A stretch of 64,000 nucleotides of DNA from Octopus vulgaris. Taxonomy: Eukaryota. The DNA is taken from NCBI GenBank assembly GCA_951406725.2, contig OX597832.1, positions 34,534,001 to 34,598,000 of the forward strand, in the 5' to 3' direction. A model generated the notes under the pieces. The model was not told the DNA's origin and did no database searches. It saw nothing but the letters and a program-made list of their open reading frames with translations. Numbering within the stretch: position 1 is the stretch's first letter; every line of letters starts with the position of its first letter. The position numbers and the translations under genes were made by a program. Shown one piece after another: positions 43,010 to 59,104 of the stretch.

Positions 43010-43110
43010 GGCGGCGAGCTGGCAGAATCGTTAGCACACCGGGCAGAATGCTCAGCGGTATTTCGTCTGCCGCTACGTTCTGAGTTCATACTCCGCTAAG
43101 GTCTACTTTT
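43010..43110 (+). mobile_element. SINE family 2 head
   Basis: ggcggcgagctggcagaatcgttagc...acgttctgagttca (A/B-box-like). Confidence 0.7.
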
Positions 43111-43434
43111 ATTCGTCATTTGCATAGCATTCTAACTCCACTTTAACACGTCTGGTAAAAACGTGTGACCCACTGGTAAGTGTGTCGTATTTCCGACCGC
43201 TATGAATCTTGGCTACAGTTCCCGGACAGGGTGGGACGCTGTGTTCGCAGGTAACATACTTCATTTAACGCTGCTCCAGTTCCATCAGCTGTAAATAAGT
43301 AAATGGTGGACTTTGTATTGTTGGAAAACATATATAGTCTCCTTGGAATCTTACTTCAGATTCATGGAACTCACTCCTATAACTTCATAAGGATATTTAC
43401 ACTCTCTAAGATATTTGGAAAACCTATATGTGAT

Positions 43435-43519
43435 TTAGCTGATGAATACTTGACATTATATTTGCTGTAATATTTGCAGCTTGAAATAAAATGTTAATAG
43501 TATGAAACAATTGTACTAA
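43435..43519 (+). ncRNA. Type I hammerhead ribozyme, diverged paralogue of 28157-28245
   Basis: TTAG-CTGATGA-ATAC...GTAT-GAAAC-AATT-GTA-CTAA. Confidence 0.78.
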
Positions 43520-43600
43520 TCTACTGATCCATTCTTGTTGCTTTTTTCTTGGTTATAATCACCCCACATAATTTTATGGTTAATACCATAAAGAATTCTG

Positions 43601-43643
<43 letters not shown>

Positions 43644-43749
43644 AACATGCCATAAAACGTCGTTTCATGTTCATTCTAACTTGTAAAGGCTTATATTTTT
43701 TTATTAATTGACATTTTTATGTTTCAAGTTCTATATGTGACTGTTTAAT

Positions 43750-44740
43750 TATGCCATGTACAAAAGAAGCCTTGGCACTCTCTGAATTTCAGAAAGGCTG
43801 CATTGTGAGTCATTCTGAAGGTGACATAAAATCGCAGAAAACCTTGGGATCCCGATTTCTACAGTTAATAGAGTGATTGTGAAATTCACCAGAGTGGGGA
43901 AATAGTCCACATCACCGCGTCCAGATAAACCAGGGCCCGCTGACAGGACCCTTCTCTTTAAGAGAAGTGTAGAGGATAATCCTCATTGCAAGGCCTCTGA
44001 CAGAGCAGAACAAATTGATGTCAGTCTCAGAACAGCTGTTCGGTATCTCCATAAACTTGATTACTATGGGAGAGCAGCAAGAAGAAAGCCACTTCTTCGA
44101 CCAGCCAACATCAAGCGGAGAAAGGATTTGGCCAGTGAGATGGTGGAGAGTCCACAAGCATTTTGGAACACTGTCATATTCTCTGACGATTCCAGGTTTG
44201 CTGCTTTTCCTGAGAGTAGTCGAGCGTGGGTCTGGATACTGAGATCAAAATTTGATGCGAAAAGATTGCAGCCAACAATCCGTGATGGCCTGGGAAGCAA
44301 TTTGGAGAGATGGTTGATCAGAGCTGGTGGAGTGTGATGGAAACATAAACTCAGACACATATGAGTCCATATTGCAGAAAGGACTCCTTTCAAACTTCTC
44401 CACTGGTGAAATGATTAATGAAAATTCTTTAAATATTGAAGAGGGAGCTTTTTGTCACACGGCTAGAACAACCCTAGATTTGTTGTATGAAAGTGGCATT
44501 AAAAATCTTCCTTGGCCAAGCCAGTCATCAGATATGAACCCTATTAAGCTCCTCTGAGACATAACGGACAGGAGACTTCATAAAAGGAACAAGAAAGCAC
44601 CTTCAAAGCCAAATCTTTTGAGATTAATGCATGAAACTTGGCAAGAAATTCCGCAAGAGAACATTCGTCATCTGTCAATAACATGCCAATAAGATCCTTG
44701 CATTGAAAAATACAAAGGGCATGTCTACTAAATAATAAAT
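43750..44740 (+). mobile_element. Degenerate Tc1-like transposase
   Basis: WNTVIFSDDSRF and LPWPSQSSDMNPIK motifs with frameshifts. Confidence 0.8.
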
Positions 44741-44878
44741 ATTCACATTATAATTTGATTGTATAATTTCAGATTTAAATAAATGTTAATGATTATAAGG
44801 GTGTCTATTTACTCCTGTTATATGTGTGTGTGTCAATGTTTAAATGCATATATCTGTTTATGTATGTGTATATATATG

Positions 44879-44931
<53 letters not shown>

Positions 44932-45054
44932 ATATATATATCATTAAAATTGAAATGAGGGTGAAAAATTGAATATTAATTTGATAACATCAATATAACA
45001 CCAGTGGTCTAGCATATTAAACAAACTGAGGTTCAGTAAATAGTATTACATACA

Positions 45055-45192
45055 TATAAGAGGGAATTTACCACTATGTGGAAACCCTTATGCTAGAAGA
45101 AGATCCCTATGGTCTTACCACTAATTCTTAGTGGTAAGACCATAGCGGATCTTCTTCTAGCATAAGGGCTTCCACATAGTGGTAAATTCCCT

Positions 45193-45198
<6 letters not shown>
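45055..45198. repeat. Near-perfect hairpin, ~70-bp arms
   Basis: tataagagggaatttaccac...accactaa-ttc-ttagtggt...gtggtaaattccctcttata. Confidence 0.9.
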
Positions 45199-45236
<38 letters not shown>

Positions 45237-45241
45237 CTGTG

Positions 45242-45276
<35 letters not shown>

Positions 45277-45481
45277 ATCATACATGTAGCATGTGTAGTT
45301 TTTTCGACAATATCAACAGCCTATATTTTGGAACAAGGAATAATTTATAGTTTACTGTCTGCTAGTCCTCAATAACAACTGTCTTCATAAGATTTATGTC
45401 ATGATACGACTCATCATTATATCCATGTCATGTCCTAAGTTTTATCATAAGAGTCATCATTAAATCTATGCCATGCCATAA

Positions 45482-47000
45482 GTGGTGGTACGTCCTAACC
45501 ATTGGGACACACGCTTAGACTGAGAATGATAAGAACAAATGATAAGAAGACAGAAACCATGTCACCAAGAGATTTGTAAATCACTCGCAAGGCATCAAAT
45601 ATTAACCACTGATCAATATTGAACTGGTAAACATTTTGCTCAAGTATGAGGTTCGACCCACTTTCCACTATGTTTATTGGATATAAGAAGCTTATTAAAT
45701 ATTGATATTAATCATAATCTACGTAAACATCTGTCAGAATTATATTATTAGTCAAAAATTAAAATTAAAAAAAGTCTTGCGACGCCTAAAAGTGAATGGA
45801 AAAGCTTTCATTTTCGGCAGAAGATTTTTATTCTTGAGGTTGTCAGCTACTAACGAAAAGCTGTCAGTACAAAGTTTGATAGCCTTCTGTGGCGAAAACA
45901 ATCTATTTTGACCGGTTTTATTTTTGGTTCTTATAGTCATTCCTTTCCTGTTTGGGTTCCAATATCAAATGATATTGTTGATTTCTTTATAAACAGCGAA
46001 GGACAAACAAGAATATCTTATTTTATTTTAAGTTCAGCCCAATCCTATTACTTGTCATGACATAAATTTTATGATAAAACTTATGACGCGGCATGAATCT
46101 TATGATGAATCTCAAGAGGAATTTTATGACGCTATAAATCTTTTGATGAATCTCATGACTTGGCATGAATTTTATGATGAATCTTATGACAAATCATTGA
46201 TTTTATGATGAACTTTATGATATAATATTGATCTTATGACACATAAGATCAATATTATATCATAAAGTTCATCATAAAATCAATGATTTGTCATAAGATT
46301 CATCATAAAATTCATGCCAAGTCATGAGATTCATCAAAAGATTTATAGCGTCATAAAATTCCTCTTGAGATTCATCATAAGATTCATGCCGCGTCATAAG
46401 TTTTATCATAAAATTTATGTCATGACAAGTAATAGGATTGGGCTGAACTTAAAATAAAATAAGATATTCTTGTTTGTCCTTCGCTGTTTATAAAGAAATC
46501 AACAATATCATTTGATATTGGAACCCAAACAGGAAAGGAATGACTATAAGAACCAAAAATAAAACCGGTCAAAATAGATTGTTTTCGCCACAGAAGGCTA
46601 TCAAACTTTGTACTGACAGCTTTTCGTTAGTAGCTGACAACCTCAAGAATAAAAATCTTCTGCCGAAAATGAAAGCTTTTCCATTCACTTTTAGGCGTCG
46701 CAAGACTTTTTTTTAATTTTAATTTTTGACTAATAATATAATTCTGACAGATGTTTACGTAGATTATGATTAATATCAATATTTAATAAGCTTCTTATAT
46801 CCAATAAACATAGTGGAAAGTGGGTCGAACCTCATACTTGAGCAAAATGTTTACCAGTTCAATATTGATCAGTGGTTAATATTTGATGCCTTGCGAGTGA
46901 TTTACAAATCTCTTTGGTGACATGGTTTCTGTCTTCTTATCATTTGTTCTTATCATTCTCAGTCTAAGCGTGTGTCCCAATGGTTAGGACGTACCACCAC
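45482..47000. repeat. 1.5-kb near-perfect palindrome centred at 46240
   Basis: Arms 45482-46238 and 46242-47000, 3-nt spacer; only homopolymer indels noticed. Confidence 0.95.
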
Positions 47001-47145
47001 GATGGTAATGTCGTGGATTCAACTCTTGGTCCAGACACACATGTAATAACTGGAGGTTAGAGAGCTTCACTACCAGGAATTGATCCCACGACCTTACGAT
47101 CATGAGCCAAACACCTCTAAATTCTAGGCTCCGTAAGACTATACA

Positions 47146-47190
<45 letters not shown>

Positions 47191-47282
47191 ATATATGTGC
47201 ACTCATTCGTGGTACCTTACAAAGCATCTAAACAAAATTTGTACATTCATCTCTTAACATTCGCATTAACCTTCAAGTACAG

Positions 47283-47460
47283 ATATGGCTGTGAGGTTAA
47301 GGAATTCGTTTTGAAAACGCGTATTCAGTACCACTTTCGGGTTCAGTCCCGCTGCGCAGTACCTTAGTCAAGAATTTTCTACTGTACACCAAGAGCAGAT
47401 CAGTGCCTAATGAGTGAGTTTGAAAGACGGAAACAGAGTAGAAGCCCGCATTTTATACAC

Positions 47461-47495
<35 letters not shown>

Positions 47496-47676
47496 TGTAT
47501 GTTAATACATCCAACACCCTGACAACTTGTGTTGGTTTGTTTGCATCCTCGTAACTTACCAGTTCGGCAAAGTATACAATAGAATAAGAACCAAAATGAA
47601 AATAAAGGACAGAGGTCGAGTCAAAGTGGTGTCACAGCATGGTCGGTCGCTGTTCAATGACTGAAACAAGCAAAAG
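47283..47676 (+). mobile_element. SINE family 1, degenerate copy
   Basis: gggttcagtccc box, agacggaaac...gaagccc, (TG)n, atgactgaaacaag tail. Confidence 0.65.
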
Positions 47677-47981
47677 ATTTATCATATATGTGTATATATA
47701 TATATATACGCAGAAGAATTTGTATGCAATACACACTATATATTATATATGTGTGTGTTAAGAGAGAGAAAGAGTATGTGTGTGTATTTGTGTGCTTGTG
47801 TGTGGGGGGGGGGGGAATTAAATGACAAGGAAACTGCGCGAAAATATCTGAACTTTCCCAAGTGTAAAGGTTTTAATGTCACACAGGAAAAGAGAGAGAG
47901 AGAGACAGACAGTCAGACAGAGAGCTAGATAGACAGACAGACAGAAAGGGAGTGGTTGAGGGAGAGAGAAACAGGCAAAGA

Positions 47982-48021
<40 letters not shown>

Positions 48022-48729
48022 AACAGACTAAGAGAGAGAGAGAAACAAAAAGAGAGGGTAAGAGAGGTGAATTTCTGGCATAGAAGTCTGGAAGTCTGGA
48101 ATTTCTTTAATTAAAGATCATATTTTGCCAATTCCACATTTTCTTGTCACCACATCTGTCATCGTATAAAGAGTTGTTCTTTGTAAAATGGATCTCTGTC
48201 ACTCTCGACGATGACTGTTGTCATATTTTGATCAACGGTTTGGCTTAGTGTCATTGAATTAACGTCTAAAATGGCTGAGAATTTCACAGGACAAGATTAC
48301 TTTTAACATAAATTTTAAGGAGGATCAGAGTAACACAATGCCCCACCCTTTGAATTACAGTAGGATCCCAAAGAGTTTAACTCTACCTAATAGCACACAG
48401 AAAAAATTCGGTTAACTCGAGTCTATTGTAAAAGATATTTACCCAAAATACCCCAAGGTGAGAGCGATCTCAGGGACTTGTAATTGCGAACCGAACGTCT
48501 TATCTATTCAGCCATGCCTACGTCCATAATATGTAGCACTGTATACATTTATACAAACCATATGAATAACAAGTATGTTTATGCCTTCAGAATCATTCAC
48601 GTGTATCTAGGTGTATATACAACCACACAACTAATTTCTATATTTCTGTGTAACTGGATATTTCCACCTGTTTTGTGTATACATCGTTCTATGAAACACT
48701 TACACAGATAATATTGAACACACACTCTT

Positions 48730-48776
<47 letters not shown>

Positions 48777-48789
48777 TGTATATATATAG

Positions 48790-48841
<52 letters not shown>

Positions 48842-48964
48842 TGTATATATCTATATACAGAAAATAAAGAAAATTCGCGAACACAAGGTTTTGAGAAGGC
48901 TTGCTGGCCACTTTTGTACCGCATTATAACGTGGTGGATTGGGAAAGTGTTTCAAAGGAGTAAG

Positions 48965-49015
48965 ATGTGCTGAAGAAGTTAAGATCTTTGTATCAAACCA
49001 GAAACCGGTCTACAT
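48965..49015 (+). ncRNA. Degenerate hammerhead-like motif
   Basis: ATGTG-CTGAAGA...GAAAC-CG-GTC-TACAT; stem II weak. Confidence 0.4.
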
Positions 49016-49201
49016 ATACATCTGTGCCATTAAGTATATAGCTTTATGCAATATAGGTATGTGAAAGATTTTTTCGATCCGCTTGGTCCTATACTGTTGA
49101 ATCTATTAGTTTCAGTGTTAATTAGTTTGGTGGTCCAAATGGGGATTTTAACTCTCATTTCGAGCGGGTAGACACTTTAATGTGTCCTTATGATTAAAAT
49201 A

Positions 49202-49247
<46 letters not shown>

Positions 49248-49270
49248 CACATACACACACACGTATATAA

Positions 49271-49309
<39 letters not shown>

Positions 49310-49379
49310 AGTATGTATATACATATATACAAGGTATATTTATCAAAATTACATAAAAGTATCTTGAAATACTAAGGAG

Positions 49380-49620
49380 TTAATTTATTTAGTAAAATCG
49401 CCAATCGATTCAACCACGACTTCCAGATGACTTCAGAATCTGCAACTCTTCTTGGCGTCTTCCTTATTGGTGAATGCTTGCCTTCAGTTCATCTTTGGTG
49501 TTACAAGGGGTTTTGTTGGTCTTTCGCTCAACTGAGTCTTACACATAATAATCAAGGGGCTTGCAGTCCGAGGAGTTAGGTGGCCAGATGTTGGGGGTGA
49601 TGTGGTCGCAGAAATTGTCC
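49380..49620 (-). mobile_element. Tc1/mariner-superfamily transposase C-terminal fragment
   Basis: DNFCDHITPNIWPPNSSDCKPLDYYV motif. Confidence 0.7.
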
Positions 49621-49855
49621 GTTAGGTTATTAGGTGCTGAGATGATTCGAAAACACAACACCTAATAGCCTAACGGTATATCTTTTCCCACATCTGATGA
49701 AATTTTGCCTGACATAATGATTTAATAATTGCAATTTTAATCTTTTAGGCTTAATTAAAACAGCTGTAAGAGAATATGTTGGATTTTTGCAGATAATAAA
49801 GTGTATTAATGCTATATCTCCTTTTTCTTAATTTTCTTTTGGTAGCATATATATG

Positions 49856-49910
<55 letters not shown>

Positions 49911-49913
<3 letters not shown>

Positions 49914-50755
49914 AAAATAGTAAAGTGTGAAAAAACGACAGAAGGCTTAAATGTTAAAAAATATATATATTTGTGTCAAAATGTCTGGAGAATATTGGAA
50001 AAAATTTTTTTCCTTTCCTTAAAATGACATAATTTTAAAATTTTTAAAGAAATTACCGGTTTCGCGTGTAGCTTTTCAAATTTCTTGTGACGTTATGTTT
50101 ATATTGCATGGAGTTATCGTTGTTTTTATTTCCAGGAGATTTCTAAATAAGGGGAGGTAGTGAGTGATTTCTTCCGGTGTAAGGGAGATAATCGCTTAAA
50201 ATTTTTTTTTCCTTTTTCCTTGTTAATTTCTCTGTGTCAGTATGTTAGGATGGTTGAGTCTGGGTTTGTACTTTTCAATGAAGAATGTTTCCTTGTTCAG
50301 TCTCATTTGTGTTGATGATCCGAAAGCACATTGGTAAAATGGGAAGATTAATAATTGTGGCAGTAGTTGCTTTGCGCATTTCTCAATGTGCTCACTAAAA
50401 GGTATCATTCTATATTCTGGGAATGCAATCTGTTGTCGATGCAGTGTGCATCTACGCCTGAGTGATAGTCCCGTGGAACCCACGTAGTCTTGGTGGCAGC
50501 CCGAGCATTTAATAACATAAATTATGTTTTCAGAGGCACAAGTAAAGTTAGATTTGATCTTAAATTTCTGTTCCTCTTTAAAGAAGAATTCTGATCCTTC
50601 CAATAGGTTAGGACATGTTGCACAGTTCGATCTACCACATTTTTTTACTTTTGCATCCGTAATTTTAGAAGACAATTTTGCCTTTATGAGAATCTTTTTA
50701 AGTGATTTAGGCTGTTTGTAGCTTTTAATGATTTGGTGTATGTTTAGAATTTCCT
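49911..50755 (-). mobile_element. Penelope-like element 3' fragment with GIY-YIG endonuclease (ORF 50223..50675)
   Basis: C..C..C then NIIYVIKCSGCHQDYVGSTG...RR...H...E..FIEKYKPRLN; decayed hammerhead-like gaaat-ttgaaaa-gc..gc-gaaac-cg-gta-atttc downstream. Confidence 0.88.
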
Positions 50756-50821
50756 ATATATATATATATAATAATAATAATAATTTGAGAGAATATTATT
50801 CTAAACTTACAGTGATGTATG

Positions 50822-50888
<67 letters not shown>

Positions 50889-50966
50889 TTGAGAGAATAT
50901 TATTCTAAACTTACAGTGAAAAATTCAATTTAGAAATACTAAATCAAATTTCACAATATATATATA

Positions 50967-51242
50967 AATTAGAAAAAAACACCTTTTATCAATTTAAAAT
51001 GAAAAATTAAATTACACCATCTAGAAAATTACATATAATAGTAATATGAAATATAAAAAATATACCGATGATTAAGTAATGTGCAAAATAATAAATAAAA
51101 TATATACGTTTTATTTATTATTTTACACTTTACTTAATCATCGGTATATTTTTTATATTTAATATTTCTATTATATGTAATTTTCTAGATGGTGTAATTT
51201 AATTTTTCATTTTAAATTGATAAAAGGTGTTTTTTTCTAATT
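50967..51242. repeat. AT-rich hairpin, ~135-bp arms
   Basis: aattagaaaaaaacaccttttatc... versus ...gataaaaggtgttttttttctaatt with a few mismatches. Confidence 0.88.
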
Positions 51243-52049
51243 ACTTAATTCCTTTAGATTTCAATTCCCATATATATTTACTAAGGCCAATAGAATTAAT
51301 CAATGTTTTATTCTTAAATGAATGCATGTGTTGAGCCACCCTTAATTAAATTTTATTAGAAGTCGACCCCACGTAAATCGCATCTAGATTATAACTATTA
51401 GTATTAATATTATCATCAATCAAAGTCACTACACTTTTTATAGACTAAATCATCTAAATTGCATTTATTTTTAAATTTACATTTTGTCTTATCTCTAATT
51501 AATGTACAATTAATTATATTCTGGTCTTTATTATTATTGGATTAATTATTTAATTTGTTTCTGTAAAACTTATTAAGCTTAAATCTATTAAAAGAAGAAA
51601 TAATGTTACCAACATTATTAGTAGTAGAATAACCAACTCCTAAATTATTACTAGAAAAAATGTTATTATATTTTTTATTATCTATAATGAATACTTCAAT
51701 TAATTTTAATATCTCTTTAATAATGCTCTTAATTATAATTGTATTTTATACTACTACTGTATATATATATGAATATATTACATACACACATACATATATA
51801 TATACATACACGCACACACATACACATACAATATATATATATATATCACACACCCCCAACCCCGCAAGAGCACCACATTAATAATACACATCCTCTCCAC
51901 TTCAGGATAACTCTTGCCTGCTAAGCAGCATATAACGTAACCCACTGGCCCCTTTTTCGTTTCACTACTTTTTTCACAGTAGCCGCTGACCGCTTGTACT
52001 AGTTCACCTCCGACAATAGAGAGCAGTCGCCATATTGCCTTCCATATCA

Positions 52050-52139
52050 GCTAACTCTGATGAGCGTTAAGTTATATAATCGAACTGTTACCTAACATTC
52101 CATTGTATTCTTTACGCGAAACCGATTGGTAAGATAAGC
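52050..52139 (+). ncRNA. Type I hammerhead ribozyme (different family)
   Basis: gctaact-CTGATGA-GCGT...ACGC-GAAAC-CGATTG-GTA-agataagc. Confidence 0.68.
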
Positions 52140-52280
52140 CGCGATAGATATTTAATGCTATACTTTTCGGATGATACACCCACTCTACGGACAGATATGA
52201 GTGCATCTTTTCCCTGACTTACGGTCTCTTAGACGACTCATCCGCATATATTATATATAATCCCAAAAGATTATTATATA

Positions 52281-53144
52281 ATCCCAAAAGTAAGGTCTCC
52301 AAAAATATTTAGAAATCACAGAAACATTTATTGCCAATGACGTTTACATCATTTTAATGTTTGAACATTTAACTATTTTTCTCCATAATCGCCATTTCGG
52401 TCGATACATTTTTGTAGGCGTTGGGGCAATTTTTGTATACCCATATCATACCAGCTCACCGCCATGTCGTTGAGGAAGCGCTGAACCTTATCTTTCACCT
52501 CGTCGTCGTTGCTGAAGCTTGTTCCGGTCAAATGTTTTTTCAACTTAGGAACAAGTGATAGTCACTGGATGATAGGTCTGGACTATAAGGTGGGTTACCG
52601 TTTATGGCCTTCTGTGAGCATTCGTGGGTCCCATCTTGCGCACACCTTCCGATATTGCAACTTTCACTCAAAAACCTCAGGAACCAAAATGCGGAGATCA
52701 TCCAAACTGATCCGCCGATTTTCAAACAAGATTTGCTCAACCTTCGCGATTGTCTCGTCGTCAATTGATGCTCACCCGCCTTTTTTCTTCTCCTTAAATT
52801 TCAGTACGACAAGCTTCAAATTCCATACACCACTTGCGGACGTTTTTCACGACTCACCATACACTTCCGTTTACTGACGATGAATTCCAATTGGTTTACT
52901 GCATTTACTGCATTTTGCAAAACCGAATAACTACACTAACTTCACACTTGGCGGTAGCGTCAGCGGGGAGGTCCAACAGATACGAGTGCTAAGACGAGAC
53001 TGAGCGTGGCAGCGAGGCGCGCGCAGGGGTTCGCGCAGGCGCGCGCAGGGGGTAGGCTCAGGCGCGCGCACTACAGAACACAGTAGTGTTGCCAATAGCC
53101 GCACGCAGGTCTCCTACATTCCCAGACCTTACTTTGGGATTACC

Positions 53145-53150
<6 letters not shown>
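52281..53150 (-). mobile_element. Internally deleted mariner transposon
   Basis: TIRs atcccaaaagtaaggtct and agaccttacttttgggat; PPYSPDLSSSDYHLF motif. Confidence 0.85.
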
Positions 53151-53222
<72 letters not shown>

Positions 53223-53301
53223 GTGATTCGTGAAAAACGTCCGCAAGTGGTGTAGGGAATTTGAAGCTTGTCGTACTGAAATTTATATATATACTAGAGT
53301 T

Positions 53302-54485
<1,184 letters not shown>

Positions 54486-57400
54486 GATTGATTGATTGAT
54501 TGATTCTAGTTTCAGCTTATGAGCTGTGGCCATGCTGGGGCACCGCCATTTTTTGTTGCTACTTGGTTTCACTTCATGGAGGCTTTCTAGCAGCTGCTAT
54601 TTGGTGCATGAGAGAGTTCGATGCAGCTGCCCTCATCTGCCCCTCCTGCCGTGAAGTTGGTTCATCTGGGACACCTGACAGGAAGAGATCCAGCTTCATT
54701 TTAAAGACATCTGTATCCACCCCATGCAGGTCTCTCAGGTTCTTCGGGAGGATATTGAAGAGCTGTGGGCCTCGGAAGCCCAGGCTATCACAGTATCTTG
54801 TCCTACATCTTGATGGCAGGTTTGGAGTCCTAGGCACCACGCAGTGGCGCCCAGTTCTGGCATTTGCGTAACTCTCGATGCCAAAGTTCAGGACACTTCC
54901 CTCCAGGATCTTCCAGATGTATATTATGGCATATCTTTCCCGCCTACGCTCCAGGGAATATAATTTTAATCTCTTGAGTCTTTCCCAGTAGCTTACATTC
55001 TGCATAGAGGCTATCTTCTTTGTGTAGCTTCGTTGGATCGCCTCAAGTTCTGTGATCAACTTGACACTGGATGGTGACCATAGCTGAGAGCAATAGTCAA
55101 AGTGACTTAGGACAAGTGTCTTCCAGAGGACCATCATGGTTTCTTGTTCTCTTGTTCTAAAGGTTCTAAGAATCCATCCAGCCAGCCGTCTACATTTCAT
55201 TGTCAGTTTAGCAACATGTACATGAAAGGTAGCGTCATCACTCATGTGAATACCCAGGTCACGCACTGATTGTGCCTCTGGGATTGCAATCCCTCCGGGT
55301 CCAGTGTATTCATTGGGTATTGCATTCAGTTTTGCATGCTGATAGTATAAAGCTTGAAACTTTCCAGCATTGAACTGCATGCTATTCTTTTCGGCCCACT
55401 TGTATATTTCGTCCAGCTCACATTGCAGGTGTTTAGTGTCCTCAGGGTTCTGTATTGCCTGTGAAACTTTTGTATCATCTGCATAACTTGTGATCGTGGC
55501 TCTCTGCGTGGCTGAGGGCATGTCTGAGAGGGCCATTATGAACAGTAGTGGTCCCAGAACAGTGCCCTGCGGAACACCGCTCACTATTTGTGTGTTAATG
55601 GAGGTGGCCCCATTGGCTACTACCACCTGACTTCTATCCTTCAGAAAGTCATGAAGCCATTCTCCCAGTTTTCCAACTATGTTGAGATCACGCAGTTTGT
55701 GACATATCATTCCATGATCGACTTTATCAAAGGCCTTTGCAAAGTCGAGATATATCACTTCCACATTTGAGTGGTTGAGCAGCCGTTTCAGCACCCAGTC
55801 ATAGTGTTGTAGGAGCTGAGTTAAACAGCTTCTCCCTGGTCGGAAACCATGTTGGGTGTCGGGCAGCAAGTCATTCTCTTCAAGGAAGGTGATCAGCTTC
55901 CTTCTGACTATTCGTTCCATGACCTTGCTGATGTGTGAGGTCAGAGAGATAGGTCTATAGTTCTTGGCTTCCGCTCTGCTACCTCCTTTATGAATGGGGC
56001 ATATTTTACCTTCCTTCAGTTTTCCTGGAAGTTTGCCAGCTGCAAGGAAGCTCTGAAAGAGGAACTGCAGTGGTCTTGCTAGGACTCTCTTACATGCTTT
56101 TAGGAGGATTGCCGGGAATCCATCGGGGCCAGTAGCTGAGTCTGTTTTCATTTCATCTATAGCCTTCGTTACATCGTCTTCCTTTATATCGATGTAATCT
56201 ATCGTCGCCGCCTCTGATTTTATATCTGCAGTGGTAAAAAAGTCAGTTGGATTGGTGATTTGGAGATGCCCAAGGGGTGGAGTGAAAACACTCTTGAATT
56301 GCTCATTCAGTATTTCACTTACCCTCATTGGTTTTCCTGTAAGTGTGCCATCCTTTTCGAGGAGTGGCCCTATTCTACAGTGCACTGTAGCTGTTTCTTT
56401 GGCATACCTGTAGAAAGCTCTGGGGTTAGATTTTATGTTTTCTATAGCCCAGGCTTCTTTGTCTGCTCTTTCTTTTTCATGGGAGAGTTGCAGACATTTT
56501 TCGATTTCCAACAGTTTTATTTTTAGGCGGGACTTTTCACTGCTTTCAATCTGTTTGTTTAGGCGATTTGAAAATTTCGTACGCCGTCTCATTAAAATTT
56601 TCCTCTCTCTGGGGATTTTGTTCTTGTGTACAGTGGCCTTTCTCTCTGGGACACATTTGTAGCATATGGCTTGCATTACAGACATGAATTGTTGAAGTTT
56701 CACGTCGATGTCTGGCGAGGAGAGACATTTAGGCCAGTTTTGTTTGAGGATCTCTTTCTCAATTTGTTTCCAGTTTGCCTTATGGTAGTTCAAGCTGGAA
56801 AGATTTTGAGGGTTTCTTATAGGCTGCATGTCCGTGCTCTCTTTTGGCCCGTACATGGTCAGCTCTATCATGTTGTGATCCGAGAGTAGTGTCGGTGTCA
56901 CTTTCACATTATGGATGAGATCCATGTCATTTGTGAAGCAGAGATCCAGTGTGTTACCTGCCCTGGTTGGTTGGAGTATTACCTGCTCCATGTACAGGGT
57001 GTTGATGAGGTTCAGGAGGGACCTCGCCTGTCCTCGTTCACATCTTGTCATTCCTGGGAGAGAAAGGCCCTCGGGCCATCTGACATTGGGCAGATTGAAG
57101 TCTCCCATAAGAAGCACACCTATGTGTTGTTCTAATGTGGTTAGAATTTCTTCTATTTTTATAAGGCAGTCTTCAAACTTGCCCACATGGCTTGGGGCAT
57201 CTGGAGGGCGATATGTAGCACACACAACTACATCAAGTTGCCTAATATGTACAATTAGTGTGTCACACACCGAGTTTGAGTATGACAAGAGGACCTGGGG
57301 TGTGAGGTCCTCACGGATGTACATAGCAACACCTCCATGACTCCTTTCTTTCCTGTCGGTCCGTAGTACAGCATACTGTGGTATGTGTAACTCCGCATCT

Positions 57401-57903
57401 GCTATGTCCGGTTTCAGGTGCGTTTCTGTAAGTGCTATGCATATGGCTTGATTGCATGCAACAAAGTCTCTCAGGAACGGGATCTTTGTCCTGTTACTGA
57501 GTGTTTGCAGTCCTCTGATGTTCAGTAGGAGTATCGAGGTGAGGTGTACGTTGTTGCCGGCGGTGTCCATCCTGTGTCTGTTTGCTGTGGTGGTCTGGTA
57601 TATAGTGGGTAGTCCCACCTGCGGGCTTGGGTTTGATGAAGCCAGGTCAGCTGCTGTACAATCTTTTGTGCCATGCACAAAAAGATTGTTGCTCAGCAGC
57701 TGCTCTTTCGACAACATCATGTTGGCTGTTTGTGGCGCGCACAACATCTGCGTACCTCCGCTTAGGGGCAGGTGGTGCGTGGTCCATCCCTTTTCTTTGT
57801 GTTGATGGTTTGTCCATCTGCCTCGTGTCTCTGTGGCAGGGTCCCCGATGTGCAAAGCGGCAGCCTGCACCTTCCTTTCCATGCCAGCAGGAACCTCTCA
57901 GGT
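54486..57903 (-). mobile_element. Family C LINE truncated within ORF1 (copy D)
   Basis: Nearly identical to 9454-12877; TA on both sides. Confidence 0.96.
54574..57570 (-). CDS. Intact family C ORF2 (APE + RT), 998 aa from MDTAGNN
   Basis: All APE and RT motifs including YADD; no stops or frameshifts. Confidence 0.95.
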   Translation of the reverse strand: MDTAGNNVHLTSILLLNIRGLQTLSNRTKIPFLRDFVACNQAICIALTETHLKPDIADAELHIPQYAVLRTDRKERSHGGVAMYIREDLTPQVLLSYSNSVCDTLIVHIRQLDVVVCATYRPPDAPSHVGKFEDCLIKIEEILTTLEQHIGVLLMGDFNLPNVRWPEGLSLPGMTRCERGQARSLLNLINTLYMEQVILQPTRAGNTLDLCFTNDMDLIHNVKVTPTLLSDHNMIELTMYGPKESTDMQPIRNPQNLSSLNYHKANWKQIEKEILKQNWPKCLSSPDIDVKLQQFMSVMQAICYKCVPERKATVHKNKIPRERKILMRRRTKFSNRLNKQIESSEKSRLKIKLLEIEKCLQLSHEKERADKEAWAIENIKSNPRAFYRYAKETATVHCRIGPLLEKDGTLTGKPMRVSEILNEQFKSVFTPPLGHLQITNPTDFFTTADIKSEAATIDYIDIKEDDVTKAIDEMKTDSATGPDGFPAILLKACKRVLARPLQFLFQSFLAAGKLPGKLKEGKICPIHKGGSRAEAKNYRPISLTSHISKVMERIVRRKLITFLEENDLLPDTQHGFRPGRSCLTQLLQHYDWVLKRLLNHSNVEVIYLDFAKAFDKVDHGMICHKLRDLNIVGKLGEWLHDFLKDRSQVVVANGATSINTQIVSGVPQGTVLGPLLFIMALSDMPSATQRATITSYADDTKVSQAIQNPEDTKHLQCELDEIYKWAEKNSMQFNAGKFQALYYQHAKLNAIPNEYTGPGGIAIPEAQSVRDLGIHMSDDATFHVHVAKLTMKCRRLAGWILRTFRTREQETMMVLWKTLVLSHFDYCSQLWSPSSVKLITELEAIQRSYTKKIASMQNVSYWERLKRLKLYSLERRRERYAIIYIWKILEGSVLNFGIESYANARTGRHCVVPRTPNLPSRCRTRYCDSLGFRGPQLFNILPKNLRDLHGVDTDVFKMKLDLFLSGVPDEPTSRQEGQMRAAASNSLMHQIAAARKPP

Positions 57904-59104
<1,201 letters not shown>

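Noticed and set aside
57571-57882. 104-aa N-terminal extension of ORF2 in the 1102-aa ORF
   Set aside because: Caused by a 1-bp deletion in the A run near 57680 relative to copy C; it is out-of-frame ORF1 sequence
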